A stretch of DNA of 64,000 nt, from NCBI GenBank assembly GCA_002269645.1, contig NIVC01000910.1, positions 260,944-324,943 of the forward strand, in the 5' to 3' direction. Position 1 is the stretch's first letter; every line of letters begins with the position of its first letter. A program made the translations under genes and the position numbers. Of the stretch, positions 53,616 to 63,873 are shown in pieces. Source of the stretch: Macrostomum lignano (Eukaryota). The notes beneath the pieces are model-generated. The model had not been told where the DNA came from and made no database searches. It saw nothing but the letters and a program-made list of their open reading frames with translations.

Positions 53616-54054
53616 TTAAATTTTCAGGAGTTTCATTCCGGTAAATCTAATAGTTTTGTTGTACTAGGCAGGCTAATCGAGTTTTAGAATATGCAAATAT
53701 AGTTAAGTAGTATATATAGATGCAGGGTAACGAGAAACATCAATTTCGCCAAACCTAGCCACTGGTGGAATTAAACTAGCTTTAGACTTGTGTGGCGCGT
53801 TCGGGTCACGCACTGTGTAACAACTAGCTATCCTGCTTTCAAGACGGGTAGTTGAATTAATTATGGAGATTTTGGGACTGCTCTGTAAGGCCTGTGTTTT
53901 ACTCGTTGCAGAGTTTCGCTCAAGCGCACGAGTTGTGGGCTTGTAGTGCACAATTCATTAACTTCATTAACCACTCCTGTGTTCTCAGAAGCAGTCTGCA
54001 CTTTTGAAAGCACTGCTTCATGATTTGCCTTCAAGAACACGTCTCGTTACTCTC

Positions 54055-55320
54055 CGAAAATCGCCCTGAATCCTCCCCAGAATCGCCCTGAATCCTCCCC
54101 AGAATCGCCCTGAACCCTCCCCAGAATCGCCCTGAACCCTCCCCAGAATCGCCCTGAATCCTCCCCAGAATCGCCCTGAACCCTCCCCAGAATCGCCCTG
54201 AACCCTCCCCAGAATCGCCCTGAATCCTCCCGAAGAATCTCCCTGAACCCTCCCCAGAATCGCCCTGAACCCTCCCCAGAATCGCCCTGAATCCTCCCCA
54301 GAATCGCCCTGAATCCTCCCCAAGAATCTCCCTGAACCCTCCCCAAGAATCGCCCTGAATCCTCCCCAAGAATCGCCCTGAAACCTCACTAAAAATCGCC
54401 CTGAAACCTCCCGAAGAATCGCCCTGAAACCTCACTAAAAATCTCCCTGAAACCTCCCGAAGAATCGCCCTGAATCCTCCCTAAAAGTCACCATGAAACC
54501 TCCCCAAGAATCGCCCTGAATCCTCCCCAAGAATCGCTCTGAAACCTCACTAAAAGTCACCATGAAACCTCCCCAAGAATCGCCCTGAATCCTCCCCAAG
54601 AATCGCCCTGAAACCTCACTAAAAATCGCCCTGAATCCTCCCCAGAATCGCCCTGAATCCTCCCCAAGAATCTCCCTGAACCCTCCCCAGAATCGCCCTG
54701 AATCCTCCCGAAGAATCTCCCTGAACCCTCCCCAGAATCGCCCTGAATCCTCCCCAGAATCTCCCTGAACCCTCCCCAAGAATCGCCCTGAATCCTCCCC
54801 AAGAATCGCCCTGAAACCTCACTAAAAATCGCCCTGAAACCTCCCGAAGAATCGCCCTGAAACCTCACTAAAAATCTCCCTGAAACCTCCCGAAGAATCG
54901 CCCTGAATCCTCCCTAAAAGTCACCATGAAACATCCCCAAGAATCGCCCTGAATCCTCCCCAAGAATCGCTCTGAAACCTCACTAAAAGTCACCATGAAA
55001 CCTCCCCAAGAATCGCCCTGAATCCTCCCCAAGAATCGCCCTGAAACCTCACTAAAAATCGCCCTGAATCCTCCCCAGAATCGCCCTGAATCCTCCCCAA
55101 GAATCTCCCTGAACCCTCCCCAGAATCGCCCTGAATCCTCCCCAAGAATCTCCCTGAACCCTCCCCAGAATCGCCCTGAATCCTCCCCAAGAATCTCCCT
55201 GAACCCTCCCCAGAATCGCCCTGAATCCTCCCCAAGAATCTCCCTGAACCCTCCCCAGAATCGCCCTGAATCCTCCCCAAGAATCGCCCTGAATCCTCTC
55301 CAGAATCGCCCTGAAGCCCC
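54055..55320. repeat. Minisatellite, 22-23-bp unit, with a ~430-bp higher-order duplication
   Basis: agaatcgccctgaatcctcccc; the variant block tcaccatgaa recurs at 54488 and 54921. Confidence 0.96.
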
Positions 55321-56277
55321 CTGTCTACGCCTAAGACGCTGCTCTACTATCCGAGAATCTCAGAAAACACATCCAGTTGCTGTGTTGGCCGAAATATTAA
55401 TTGCTGTCTCGGCTTGTATTTTCGTAATCCTAATCCACCTCTGCAATGAAAATCTACACGAGTCTAATTAAAATCGGTGTCAGCCGCCTCTCCCGCGCTC
55501 TCTAATCCTCCTCTCTTCGCTTCTCCGGTTGTCCGCAATATCCGGCTTATTTTCCTCACACTGTGGCATTCGGATTAAATGGACAGTCACGCCGGAGGTG
55601 CCGCTTGCATCCCGTTAGTTTTGTTTTACCAAATCGGCTCTCTATACTGCTGTCTCACGCAGAGTCTGTCCGCCCGTCTGTCAAGCTGTAATTTTCCCCA
55701 ATCCCAGCTGCCCAATGGAGTGGGAGCGGCGGCGGCGCAAGTGCAAGCGCTATAGGCTAATTAATGCTTCATCTACGCTTCCCCCCTTTAACTCCGTCTT
55801 GCTATGCCTATTTACGACTGGCTTCCACTTTGCTCGCCTGCCCTCTTTGCTGTCAGCACATTTCCCCAGCTATTAACACCACTGCTACAGGGGACTCAGA
55901 CATTTGAGTTGCCTGTCTCTCTCTCTCTCCCCGAAAGTCTTCGTTCCGCATTTTTATTAAATGCTGTGCGGCCATCGAGACGATATTGTCCTGTGGGTAA
56001 GCCTCAACTAGGCTTCGCATGGATTGATTGGTCTCGATTTCATTATCGATTTTTGTTGAATATGCTCATTTCTCCGGGTCCCGTGGGTGCTTGATAGGGC
56101 TGCTTTCTCGGCTCTTGTGTGTTGGCAACTTTTTTTACTGGACTTCTTTTGAGGATATCCAACTGCTTTTTGAGCGAGACCATCCGCTGGCAACCCCTTT
56201 GAGTTCAGGGCCGACCCGGCCCCACTGTGGGACAGGCAGTCCCTGCATAGAACACAGCCCTCCACTGCCACCCGCAG

Positions 56278-56460
56278 GCCCTGCTGCAAGCGCACGACGT
56301 GCTAGCCCAGGATGTGTACAGCGACCAGGCAATAAGAGTGACCCCGCCGCCAGTGTCGTCCTATTTGAACGGCGACGCGGAGGAGCCTCCCGAGGTTGAG
56401 ATGGACAATGTGACCCGTGTGCGCCTGGTGCAGTTTCAGAAGAATACTAACGAGCCTATG
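56278..56460 (+). CDS. CASK: CASK exon, end of L27C to start of PDZ ([25 protein letters not shown]...[18 protein letters not shown])
   Basis: cccgcag acceptor and gtgagc donor; 183 nt, phase 0/0; near-identical to the CASK motifs. Confidence 0.97.
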
Positions 56461-56533
56461 GTGAGCTCAGCTTTAGCGTTACCCATCCATCCAATGACTT
56501 ATCAATAACAAATCAATTTGTTATAAATTGTAG

Positions 56534-56612
56534 GGAATCACTCTGAAGATGTCTGAGGACGGCAAGATAATTGTGGCCCGAATCATGCACGGTGGAATGA
56601 TTCACCGGCAAG
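56534..56612 (+). CDS. CASK: CASK exon, PDZ ([26 protein letters not shown])
   Basis: ttgtag acceptor and gtgagt donor; 79 nt; follows a 73-nt intron. Confidence 0.97.
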
Positions 56613-56707
56613 GTGAGTTTGATCATATAATTCTCAAAACACGCTCGTAGTCATCAATGTACTTTTTCCAAGTTATTCATATTTACATATGCCATATTTT
56701 TCCTCAG

Positions 56708-56793
56708 GCACTCTGCACGTTGGCGACGAGATTCGAGAAATCAATGGCGAACCAGTCATTGGCCAATCAGTGGAAGTTCTACAACGAATGCTG
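56708..56793 (+). CDS. CASK: CASK exon, PDZ ([29 protein letters not shown])
   Basis: tcctcag acceptor and gtgtgt donor; 86 nt; ends in phase 0. Confidence 0.96.
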
Positions 56794-56967
56794 GTGTGTG
56801 TTTTTCTGATTCACGATACTATCTTTCGATACATATCGGGGAAGTGCTTAGTAATTGAGCGTTGTCAAATATCAATTGATAATTTCAAATTATAACGGCA
56901 TTGTTGCACGCTATTAGCAGTAGTTAGAAATGCTTTTTGTTATGAAAAACCCTGATAAATATTTTTA

Positions 56968-57051
56968 AATGGCCGCAAAGATTCGAACCCGCCTGAAATC
57001 CAGACCAGATGAATGGAAAGCGGGCACTATAACCGCTGGGCTACTATCCCT
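56968..57051 (-). other. tRNA-like fragment (SINE head or tRNA pseudogene)
   Basis: Minus strand TAGCCCAGCGG (A box) ... GGGTTCGAATC (B box) with long-variable-arm spacing; no good acceptor stem. Confidence 0.5.
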
Positions 57052-57136
57052 AGTTCTTTTATTCACTAGAATTGTTACTTTATAAGTAAGCGTATTTACC
57101 GCTCTCATCTCGGCCGGATGAACATCACACGTCCAG

Positions 57137-57238
57137 ATGGACTTGCGCGGCAGGGTGACGCTGAGGCTGGTGTCCCACCCTGCCGGGCGGCCCGGCGGCC
57201 CTCGAACCGCGGCGGGCAGTCAATCGGCGGCTAAGGAG
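57137..57238 (+). CDS. CASK: Candidate alternative (duplicated) PDZ-terminal exon A (MDLRGRVTLRLVSHPAGRPGGPRTAAGSQSAAKE)
   Basis: gtccag acceptor and GAG|gtactt donor; 102 nt, phase 0/0, no stop; GC-rich island in AT-rich intron; aligns with KEARGSVTLKIVPS of exon B. Confidence 0.65.
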
Positions 57239-57943
57239 GTACTTTTTAAATAAAAAACTTTAGTAGCGCTTTGAAGTGTTGCTATAAAACCGACTATAAA
57301 ACCGATATGGGTTCGATTTGCGTTATTAATAATTACATTATTTTATTGCTTGATTAACAGAAACTGAGATCTTACTGAGAGTTTTGCTCTTCAAATAATC
57401 TGTTCAATTCAGTAATAATCAATTTTTTCGATAGTTTTAATGTACCAATTCAGCTGAAGAAATGTGGAGAGAAAACTGCCAATCTAACCTGATTAGGTGT
57501 TGGAGACAGAGTAATTCGTTAGTCTCGTTATTACATTACCCAGAGGCTATCTACTGTCTTTAACATGTACTTTTATATAAAAGTACAATAGAGCGAGATA
57601 TAAGTGGTGCAGAAAGGAAGAGAGGAGAAAGAAGTGAAGGGCCTAAGCCGCGGGTTGAAGTTGTATTTATACTAACAATGATGAACAGGCCAGCCAAATT
57701 GTCTGTGGTAAATGAACGGTTACGATAGTCTGTGGGAAAGGCATGGTAGACAAAGGGAGACGGCTAACTGAAAAGTACAAGGTAATAGAAAGTACAAATA
57801 TTTGGAGGATGGAAATCCGACAGGCTCGGGGGGCCAACGGGTAACGATAGATAGAGGGGATTTGAACGGCAAAAACAGTAGAATGATTAAATAGCGAGTA
57901 TTTGCGCATTGAGTTTAGTTCGTGAAAGCGGTCAACTGTTTAG

Positions 57944-58600
57944 TCAGGTTGTAACAATGCCGGGCCGGAAGCCGAGCCGGCAGGCGGGCCAGCAGACGAG
58001 ACGGGCAGCATCTTCCTTGGTGTCAGTGCCGATGACGATGTTGCCGACATAGAGGCTGCCAATGATGCGCTCGAGCTCGGATTGGGTGAGGTCGGAATCT
58101 CCCGAGTTAATTGCGTCTAAGCATATCTTGTGGAGGACCGCCAGGAGAATACACGCTCTGGGAGAGGCGCCCATGACGATGCGAGTGAAGCGCCAGAGCT
58201 CGAAGCTGCCCTGTACTAGCGGCTTGGTGATGTACTTCGGAGGATGATGCAGAGGACGTCGCGGTGAGGTTCGTGAACGCCTTTCTGGTAGAAGGCGGCC
58301 TTGAGGTCAGATGAGATGCCGAACTGGTGAGCGCGGTGAACTAGAAGGACTTGAAGCATTGACGTCAGCAGGTTGGGCCCAGGCTCTAGGAGGTCGTTGA
58401 GTGTGGCGCCAGCGAGCGAGGTCTTGGTAGAAGCGTCGACGACGGGGCGGATCTTCGTCGTGTTGGAGCTCCTCTTTATGACTGGGAAGTGCGGCAGAGT
58501 CTGGATGACTGGGCCAGCTACCTGGCCAGGGCTGACTCGTTCCAGGACACCTTCTTGCTTGCGCTTCTCGAACTCGGCGTAGTAGGCCTCGCGCTCGGAA
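57944..58600 (-). pseudogene. Frameshifted BEL/Pao reverse transcriptase remnant
   Basis: Manual translation gives LPHFPVIKRSSNTTKIRPVVDAS...LNDLLEPGPNLL...SSDLKAAFYQ, then after a frameshift WRFTRIVMGASP...SLYVGNIVIG; YVDD reads YVGN at 58040-58051. Confidence 0.88.
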
Positions 58601-60149
58601 GGCTGAGGCGGCGGTGGGTGGCTTGAGCACGACCGAAGGCCTGGCCAAAGTTGGAAGGTAGGAGCTCGGCTCCAGGTTCGAATGGCAGGTCGACGGAGAT
58701 TCGAACGTCGGTATCGCGCATGATGGAGTCGGGCAGGCGTTCCTGGGGTCTGTCGTTCCTGGCGTCGGGCCTTTCAGCATCCTTTGCCGTGCCGAGAGCT
58801 TCGAGGTTGGACATGCTGTCCAGAAGTCGGTCGAGGTGGAGCCCATCGTTGTTAGGGAAAGTGTTCGCAATGACCACTTGCGAGGAGCCGAGGAAGCCGT
58901 TATGACGAGAGGCTGTGATATCAAGGGAGCCGTCGAGGATGGCCCCGAAGGGTGTCGGGCAGGCTTTGAGAGTCGGTCGAAGCGCTTGGGCGGGTACGTT
59001 AGGGCTGATAGGCTGACTGGCGTTGCTGCAGGGACAAGAACTCTTGGGCTCTTGGCTGGCAGTGGAACTTAACTTCGCGGCTGGGCGAGATTTAATGTCG
59101 GCGCAAGGAGCGGGGTCAGGTCGATAGGCGTCCGACGATAAGCTATTGCCAATGCTGCGGGCTTGTAGCGGCTGGGAACTGGCGTTGCCCAGAAGGATGG
59201 CGGAAGCGAAGGTCGCAGCCGGAGGGGTAGCGGAAGCGGCTCTGAGCGTCTTCAGCTTGTAATCGAGGTGGCACTGGAGCTGTGTCATAGTTGGCATGAG
59301 AGGCTGCCCGTTGGCAGCACGAAGGTTGCGGATCTCGCTCTGCAGCTCGATCGGGAGGCGGCTCCACAGGGCGTAGACGTAGCCGTCGATGGTGCTGGCG
59401 GGCTCGCCAAGGCGGAGGAGCTGGCCGGTAGCGAGTCGGAGGGCGTCGGTGTAGGTCTCGAGCTCGTCTATGTCGGAGGCAGAGTTGCAGTGAAGGGCGA
59501 GGAGACGCTGGAAGGAGGCGTTCTTTTGCTCCTGTGTGTCGGTGTAGTTGGCCTGGAGGACACGGCAGGCTTCGGCGTAGGCGTTGGGTTGGTAGGCATT
59601 GAGGGCACCGAGCTTCTTGAGAGCGGAGCCGGAGAGCAGACCGCGAAGCGCCTCGAATTTGTCGACGTCGTTGAGGCTGGAGCGGTCAACGCGGTAGACG
59701 AAGGCGTCCCAGAAGCCCGGAAATGCAGCAGGGTCCGTACCGTCGAAGGTCGGGAGATGTACGTTCTTGTGAATGGTGGAGCGGACGAGCCCGGCCGGAT
59801 CGTGAGCATCTGGTGCGGGTGTTGAAGCAGTTGGTGTTGAGGCTGGACGGACGGTGGCGGCGAGCTGCTGAATGAGCTGCTGGTTCTGCTGCATCATCGC
59901 GGTCATTGAGGCGATGAGGGCGTTTACGTCGACGGAGGCAGCGGGAGCTGTTGCAAGGATCGGAGTTGTGGAAGTAGCAGCGAGAGGAGCAGTAGATGTC
60001 GTGGCGGATGAAGCAGCTGGCGGCGGGTCACTGGCTTCGACGGGTGGCTGCTCCGCGGCAGTGGTCGCTTCAGTAGAGGTTGAGAGGTGGTCGTTCTGGG
60101 ACTGCTGATGGTCGCCAGATTGGTCAGTTGTCGATCGTGTGATGACCAT
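58518..60149 (-). CDS. BEL/Pao gag-like ORF (543 aa) running into a pol remnant
   Basis: LPTFDGTDPAAFPGFWDAF...SLNDVDKFEALRGLLSGSA...AYAEACRVLQANY matches the BEL gag DUF1759 pattern; ATG lies 5 nt after the PBS. Confidence 0.88.
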   Translation of the reverse strand: MVITRSTTDQSGDHQQSQNDHLSTSTEATTAAEQPPVEASDPPPAASSATTSTAPLAATSTTPILATAPAASVDVNALIASMTAMMQQNQQLIQQLAATVRPASTPTASTPAPDAHDPAGLVRSTIHKNVHLPTFDGTDPAAFPGFWDAFVYRVDRSSLNDVDKFEALRGLLSGSALKKLGALNAYQPNAYAEACRVLQANYTDTQEQKNASFQRLLALHCNSASDIDELETYTDALRLATGQLLRLGEPASTIDGYVYALWSRLPIELQSEIRNLRAANGQPLMPTMTQLQCHLDYKLKTLRAASATPPAATFASAILLGNASSQPLQARSIGNSLSSDAYRPDPAPCADIKSRPAAKLSSTASQEPKSSCPCSNASQPISPNVPAQALRPTLKACPTPFGAILDGSLDITASRHNGFLGSSQVVIANTFPNNDGLHLDRLLDSMSNLEALGTAKDAERPDARNDRPQERLPDSIMRDTDVRISVDLPFEPGAELLPSNFGQAFGRAQATHRRLSLPSARPTTPSSRSASKKVSWNESALAR

Positions 60150-60153
60150 GACG

Positions 60154-60164
60154 CTCTGCTACCA
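60154..60164 (-). promoter_or_regulatory. Primer-binding site TGGTAGCAGAG, complementary to the 3' end of initiator tRNA-Met
   Basis: Lies 4 nt inside the 5' LTR; metazoan tRNAi-Met ends CUCUGCUACCA. Confidence 0.85.
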
Positions 60165-60565
60165 AAATTGTCGATTAGACAATAAACTAATAGAGCGAGA
60201 TATAAGTGGTGCAGAAAGGAAGAGAGGAGAAAGAAGTGAAGGGCCTAAGCCGCGGGTTGAAGTTGTATTTATACTAACAATGATGAACAGGCCAGCCAAA
60301 TTGTCTGTGGTAAATGAACGGTTACGATAGTCTGTGGGAAAGGCATGGTAGACAAAGGGAGACGGCTAACTGAAAAGTACAAGGTAATAGAAAGTACAAA
60401 TATTTGGAGGATGGAAATCCGACAGTACACTAACGATTTTCGTATTGAAAGTGATTTTTAAGCGAATTAACTTCAATTGTTTTTCGCTCTGTTAATCGTT
60501 AATAATAAAAAATTTATAATATAGCAAACTTACTGCACCTGCTGGGTGTTATCAATTGATTGCAG

Positions 60566-60634
60566 AAGGAGGCCAGAGGCAGTGTAACGCTGAAAATTGT
60601 GCCCAGCTACCGGAATCACCCGATGCAGTGCGAG
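60566..60634 (+). CDS. CASK: CASK exon, canonical PDZ-terminal exon B (KEARGSVTLKIVPSYRNHPMQCE)
   Basis: ttgcag acceptor and gtaaaa donor; 69 nt, phase 0/0; matches REMRGSITFKIVPSYR. Confidence 0.95.
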
Positions 60635-60689
60635 GTAAAAATTTATTATTATATTTCGCTGCTATTGTTACTATTTGAAACAAACACTT

Positions 60690-61172
60690 AAGCTTCACAA
60701 TCCCCAAGCTTCACAATCCCCAAACTTACCAAACCCAAACTTTACAATCCCTAAACTTCCCAAGCCCAAGATTCAAATCCCTAAGCTTCAAATCCCCAAG
60801 CTTCACGATCCCTAAAGTTCCCAAATCCAAGCTTCAAATCCCCAAGCTTCTAATCCCTAATCTTCACAATCCCCAAGCTTCAAGATTCCTTAACTTCCCA
60901 AACCCAAGCTTCCAATCCCCAAGCTTCACGATCCCCAAGCTTCACGATCCCCAAGCTTTACGATCCCCAAGCTTCATGATCCCCAAGCTTCACGATCCCC
61001 AAGCTTCACGATGCCCAAGCTTCACGATCCCTAAACTTCCCAAATCCAAGCTTCAAATCCGCAAGCTTCACAATCCCCGAGCTTCACAATCCCCGAGCTT
61101 CACAATCCTCAAGCTTCACATTCCCCAAGCTTCACAATCCCCGAGCTTCACAATCCCCAAGCTTCACAAACC
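60690..61172. repeat. Minisatellite, 16-bp unit
   Basis: cttcacgatccccaag variants. Confidence 0.93.
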
Positions 61173-61237
61173 GTGAATGGTGAAGTTCCGTGGCTGCTCT
61201 GATGCTAGTTATTCTGATTTCCTCTATTAACCCGCAG

Positions 61238-61369
61238 ATCTACGTGAAGGCCATGTTCAGCTACAATCCGGACGACGACGAATTGAACCCCTGCCCTCAG
61301 GCTGGCATCCGCTTCCGGGTTGGCGACATCCTGCAGGTCATCAGCAAGGACGATCACAACTGGTGGCAG
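61238..61369 (+). CDS. CASK: CASK exon, SH3 ([44 protein letters not shown])
   Basis: cccgcag acceptor and gtcagc donor; 132 nt, phase 0/0. Confidence 0.97.
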
Positions 61370-61473
61370 GTCAGCAACTGAATCTGTTCTAAATTTACTG
61401 ACCCACTCTACCGTCTACCCTACTGATCCACTCTACTCTCTACCCTACTGACTCCGCCGCGCCATTTTCACAG

Positions 61474-61915
61474 GCTCGGTCGTGGAACGCCCCGGCCAAC
61501 ACGCCGGCCAGCCTGATCCCCTCGCCGGAGCTGCAAGAATGGCGCACCGCCTGCAGCGCCATCGAGCGCTCCAAGAAGCTCGACAGCGCTTTGAACTGTT
61601 CTGGCCTGCCGTTTTTCTCGTTCGGCCGTCGACATCACGGTTGGCGCTCCGGCGGCGGCGGCGGAGGCGGCGGCAAGTCGCGCAGCAAGCACGCCTCGGG
61701 CTCGGGCCTTGCCGCCTCGTCCACTGCGGCGTCATCAGCATCGGCGCCGACTCCCTACGACCAGCTGGAGATGGTCACCTACGAGGAGGTGGTGCGGCTG
61801 ACCAACTTCCGGCGGAAGACTCTGGTGCTGCTGGGGGCTCACGGAGTTGGCAGGCGGCACATCAAAAATACGCTCATACAGACTGCGCCTGACCGCTTCG
61901 CGTATCCGATTCCGC
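61474..61915 (+). CDS. CASK: CASK exon, end of SH3, HOOK and start of GuK ([12 protein letters not shown]...[13 protein letters not shown]...[21 protein letters not shown]...RFAYPIP)
   Basis: ttttcacag acceptor and gtgaga donor; 442 nt; open throughout. Confidence 0.96.
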
Positions 61916-61944
61916 GTGAGACTTCCGGCTGCTGACTGGTTGCC

Positions 61945-62385
61945 AGCGCACCCTCACCACTGATTCTGATTGGTTACCAGCCACCTCCCCACCGCTGATT
62001 CTGATTGGTTGTTACCAGCGCACCCCCCACCGCTGATTCTGATTGGTTGTTACCAGCGCACCCCCCACCGCTGATTCTGATTGGTTGTTACCAGCGCACC
62101 CCCCACCGCTGATTCTGATTGGTTGTTACCAGCGCACCCCCCACCGCTGATTCTGATTGGTTGTTACCAGCCACCTCCCCACCACTGATTCTGATTGGTT
62201 GCCAGCCACCTCCCTCACCACTGATTCTGATTGGTTGCCAGCCACCTCCCCCACCACTGATTCTGATTGGTGCCAGCCACCTCCCCCACCACTGATTCTG
62301 ATTGGTGCCAGCCACTTCTTCACCACTGATTCTGATTGGTTGCCAACCCCCTCCTCACCACTGATTCTGATTGGTTGCCAACCCT
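61945..62385. repeat. Minisatellite, 35-38-bp unit
   Basis: cagcgcaccccccaccgctgattctgattggttgttac variants. Confidence 0.95.
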
Positions 62386-62454
62386 GCGCAACTGTCCTCT
62401 GTCTTTAACTGTCGTTTACAATCGCTGACCTTAAATGCCCTCCCCAACCTGCAG

Positions 62455-62753
62455 ACACGACCCGACTGCCCAGCAAAGGGGAGGTGAACGGTCGCAGCTA
62501 TTATTTTGTCGGACGCGAGGAGATGATGCGCGATATAACCAACAACGAGTACCTGGAGTACGGCACCCATGAGGACGCCATGTACGGCACCAAGTTGGAT
62601 ACCATCCGGGACATTCACCGGCAGGGTCGCATCGCTATTCTCGACGTGGAGCCGCAGGCGTTGCGCGTGCTTCGAACGGCAGAATTTGCGCCCTACGTTG
62701 TGTTCATTGCCGCCCCGGAGCTCAGCGCCATGAGCGACGTGCACGGGCTCAAT
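62455..62753 (+). CDS. CASK: CASK exon, GuK (HTTRLP...[23 protein letters not shown]...[27 protein letters not shown])
   Basis: cctgcag acceptor and gtgagt donor; 299 nt; phases consistent. Confidence 0.97.
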
Positions 62754-62839
62754 GTGAGTGCCGTAAAACTTTTACTATTGATGTCCCCTCAGTCAGGAGA
62801 CACTGACCTGATCATCAAGTATTAATTTCGCTTGTGCAG

Positions 62840-63016
62840 GACGGAAGTCTGGAGCGCCTGGCCAAGGAAAGCGAACTTTTAGAGCGGCACTACGGCCACT
62901 ATTTCGATCAGAAGATCGTTAATAATGACATCGAGGAGACAATAAGCCAGCTGAAGCACTGCATTGACCAGGTTCAGACTAAGCCGCAATGGGTGCCAGT
63001 CAATTGGGTTTATTGA
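62840..63016 (+). CDS. CASK: CASK last coding exon ([11 protein letters not shown]...QWVPVNWVY-stop)
   Basis: gtgcag acceptor; ends with the conserved CASK C-terminus QWVP(V)xWVY and TGA. Confidence 0.97.
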   Translation, partial: DGSLERLAKESELLERHYGHYFDQKIVNNDIEETISQLKHCIDQVQTKPQWVPVNWVY

Positions 63017-63140
63017 AACGCTTCTCTGTCTGACACTCCATGCATATCTAGGTATTCTTTTAATTTGCGTCACTATTGCATATTTTTAGTTAATTTGATT
63101 TGGCATCGACTTTTGCCTCTGTATTTCTCTCTCTTTCCAT

Positions 63141-63873
63141 GAGGTGGCTGCAGGAAGAGTTGGGGTGTTGGGGCAGGGAGTGAGGTGGCTGCAGGAAGAG
63201 TTGGGGTGTTGGGGCAGGGAGTGAAGTGGCTGCAGGAAGAGTCGGGGTGTTGTGGCAGGGAGTGAAGTGGCTGCAGGAAGAGTTGGGGTGTTGTGGCAGG
63301 GAGTGAGGTGGCTGCAGGAAGAGTTGGGGTGTTGGGGCAGGGAGTGAGGTGGCTGCAGGAAGAATCGGGGTGTTGGGGCAGGGAGTGAGGTGGCTGCAGA
63401 AAGAGTCGGAGTGTTGTGGCAGGGAGTGAGGTGGCTGCAGGAAGAGTCGGGGTGTTGGGGCAGGGAGTGAGGTGGCTACAGGAAGAGTTGGGTGTTGGGG
63501 CAGGGAGTGAGGTGGCTGCAGGAAGAGTTGGGGTGTTGGGGCAGGGAGTGAGGTGGCTGCAGGAAGAGTTGGAGTGTTGGGGCAGGGAGTGAGGTGGCTA
63601 CAGGAAGAGTTGGGTGTTGGGGCAGGGAATGAGGTGGCTGCAGGAAGAGTTGGAGTGTTGGGGCAGGGAGTGAGGTGGCTGCAGGAAGAGTTGGGGTGTT
63701 GGGGCAGGGAGTGAGGTGGCTGCAGGAAGAGTTGGAGTGTTGGGGCAGGGAGTGAGGTGGCTGCAGGAAGAGTTGGAGTGTTGGGGCAGGGAGTGAGGTG
63801 GCTGCAGGAAGAGTTGGAATGTTGGGGCAGGGAGTGAGGTGGCTGCAGAAAGAGTCGGGGTGTTCTAAGATGC

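Larger units (their letters stand above)
57588..60424 (-). mobile_element. Non-autonomous BEL/Pao LTR retrotransposon, internally deleted, antisense within a CASK intron
   Basis: LTRs at 60169-60424 (TGTCG...CGACA) and 57588-57822 (lacks 21 terminal bp); 235 bp identical by eye; PBS at 60154-60164; GTACA on both flanks (57583-57587, 60425-60429); gag with DUF1759-type motifs; RT remnant. Confidence 0.93.

Noticed and set aside
39051-57151. Both the 39051 ORF and PDZ exon A begin with MDLRG
   Set aside because: Only five residues, different codons and nothing beyond; exon A is explained by its homology to KEARG of exon B.
58307-59825. Overlapping ORFs on other frames or the opposite strand of the gag region
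   Set aside because: Expected shadows of a GC-rich coding sequence; part of 58307-58924 overlaps the frameshifted pol remnant already called.
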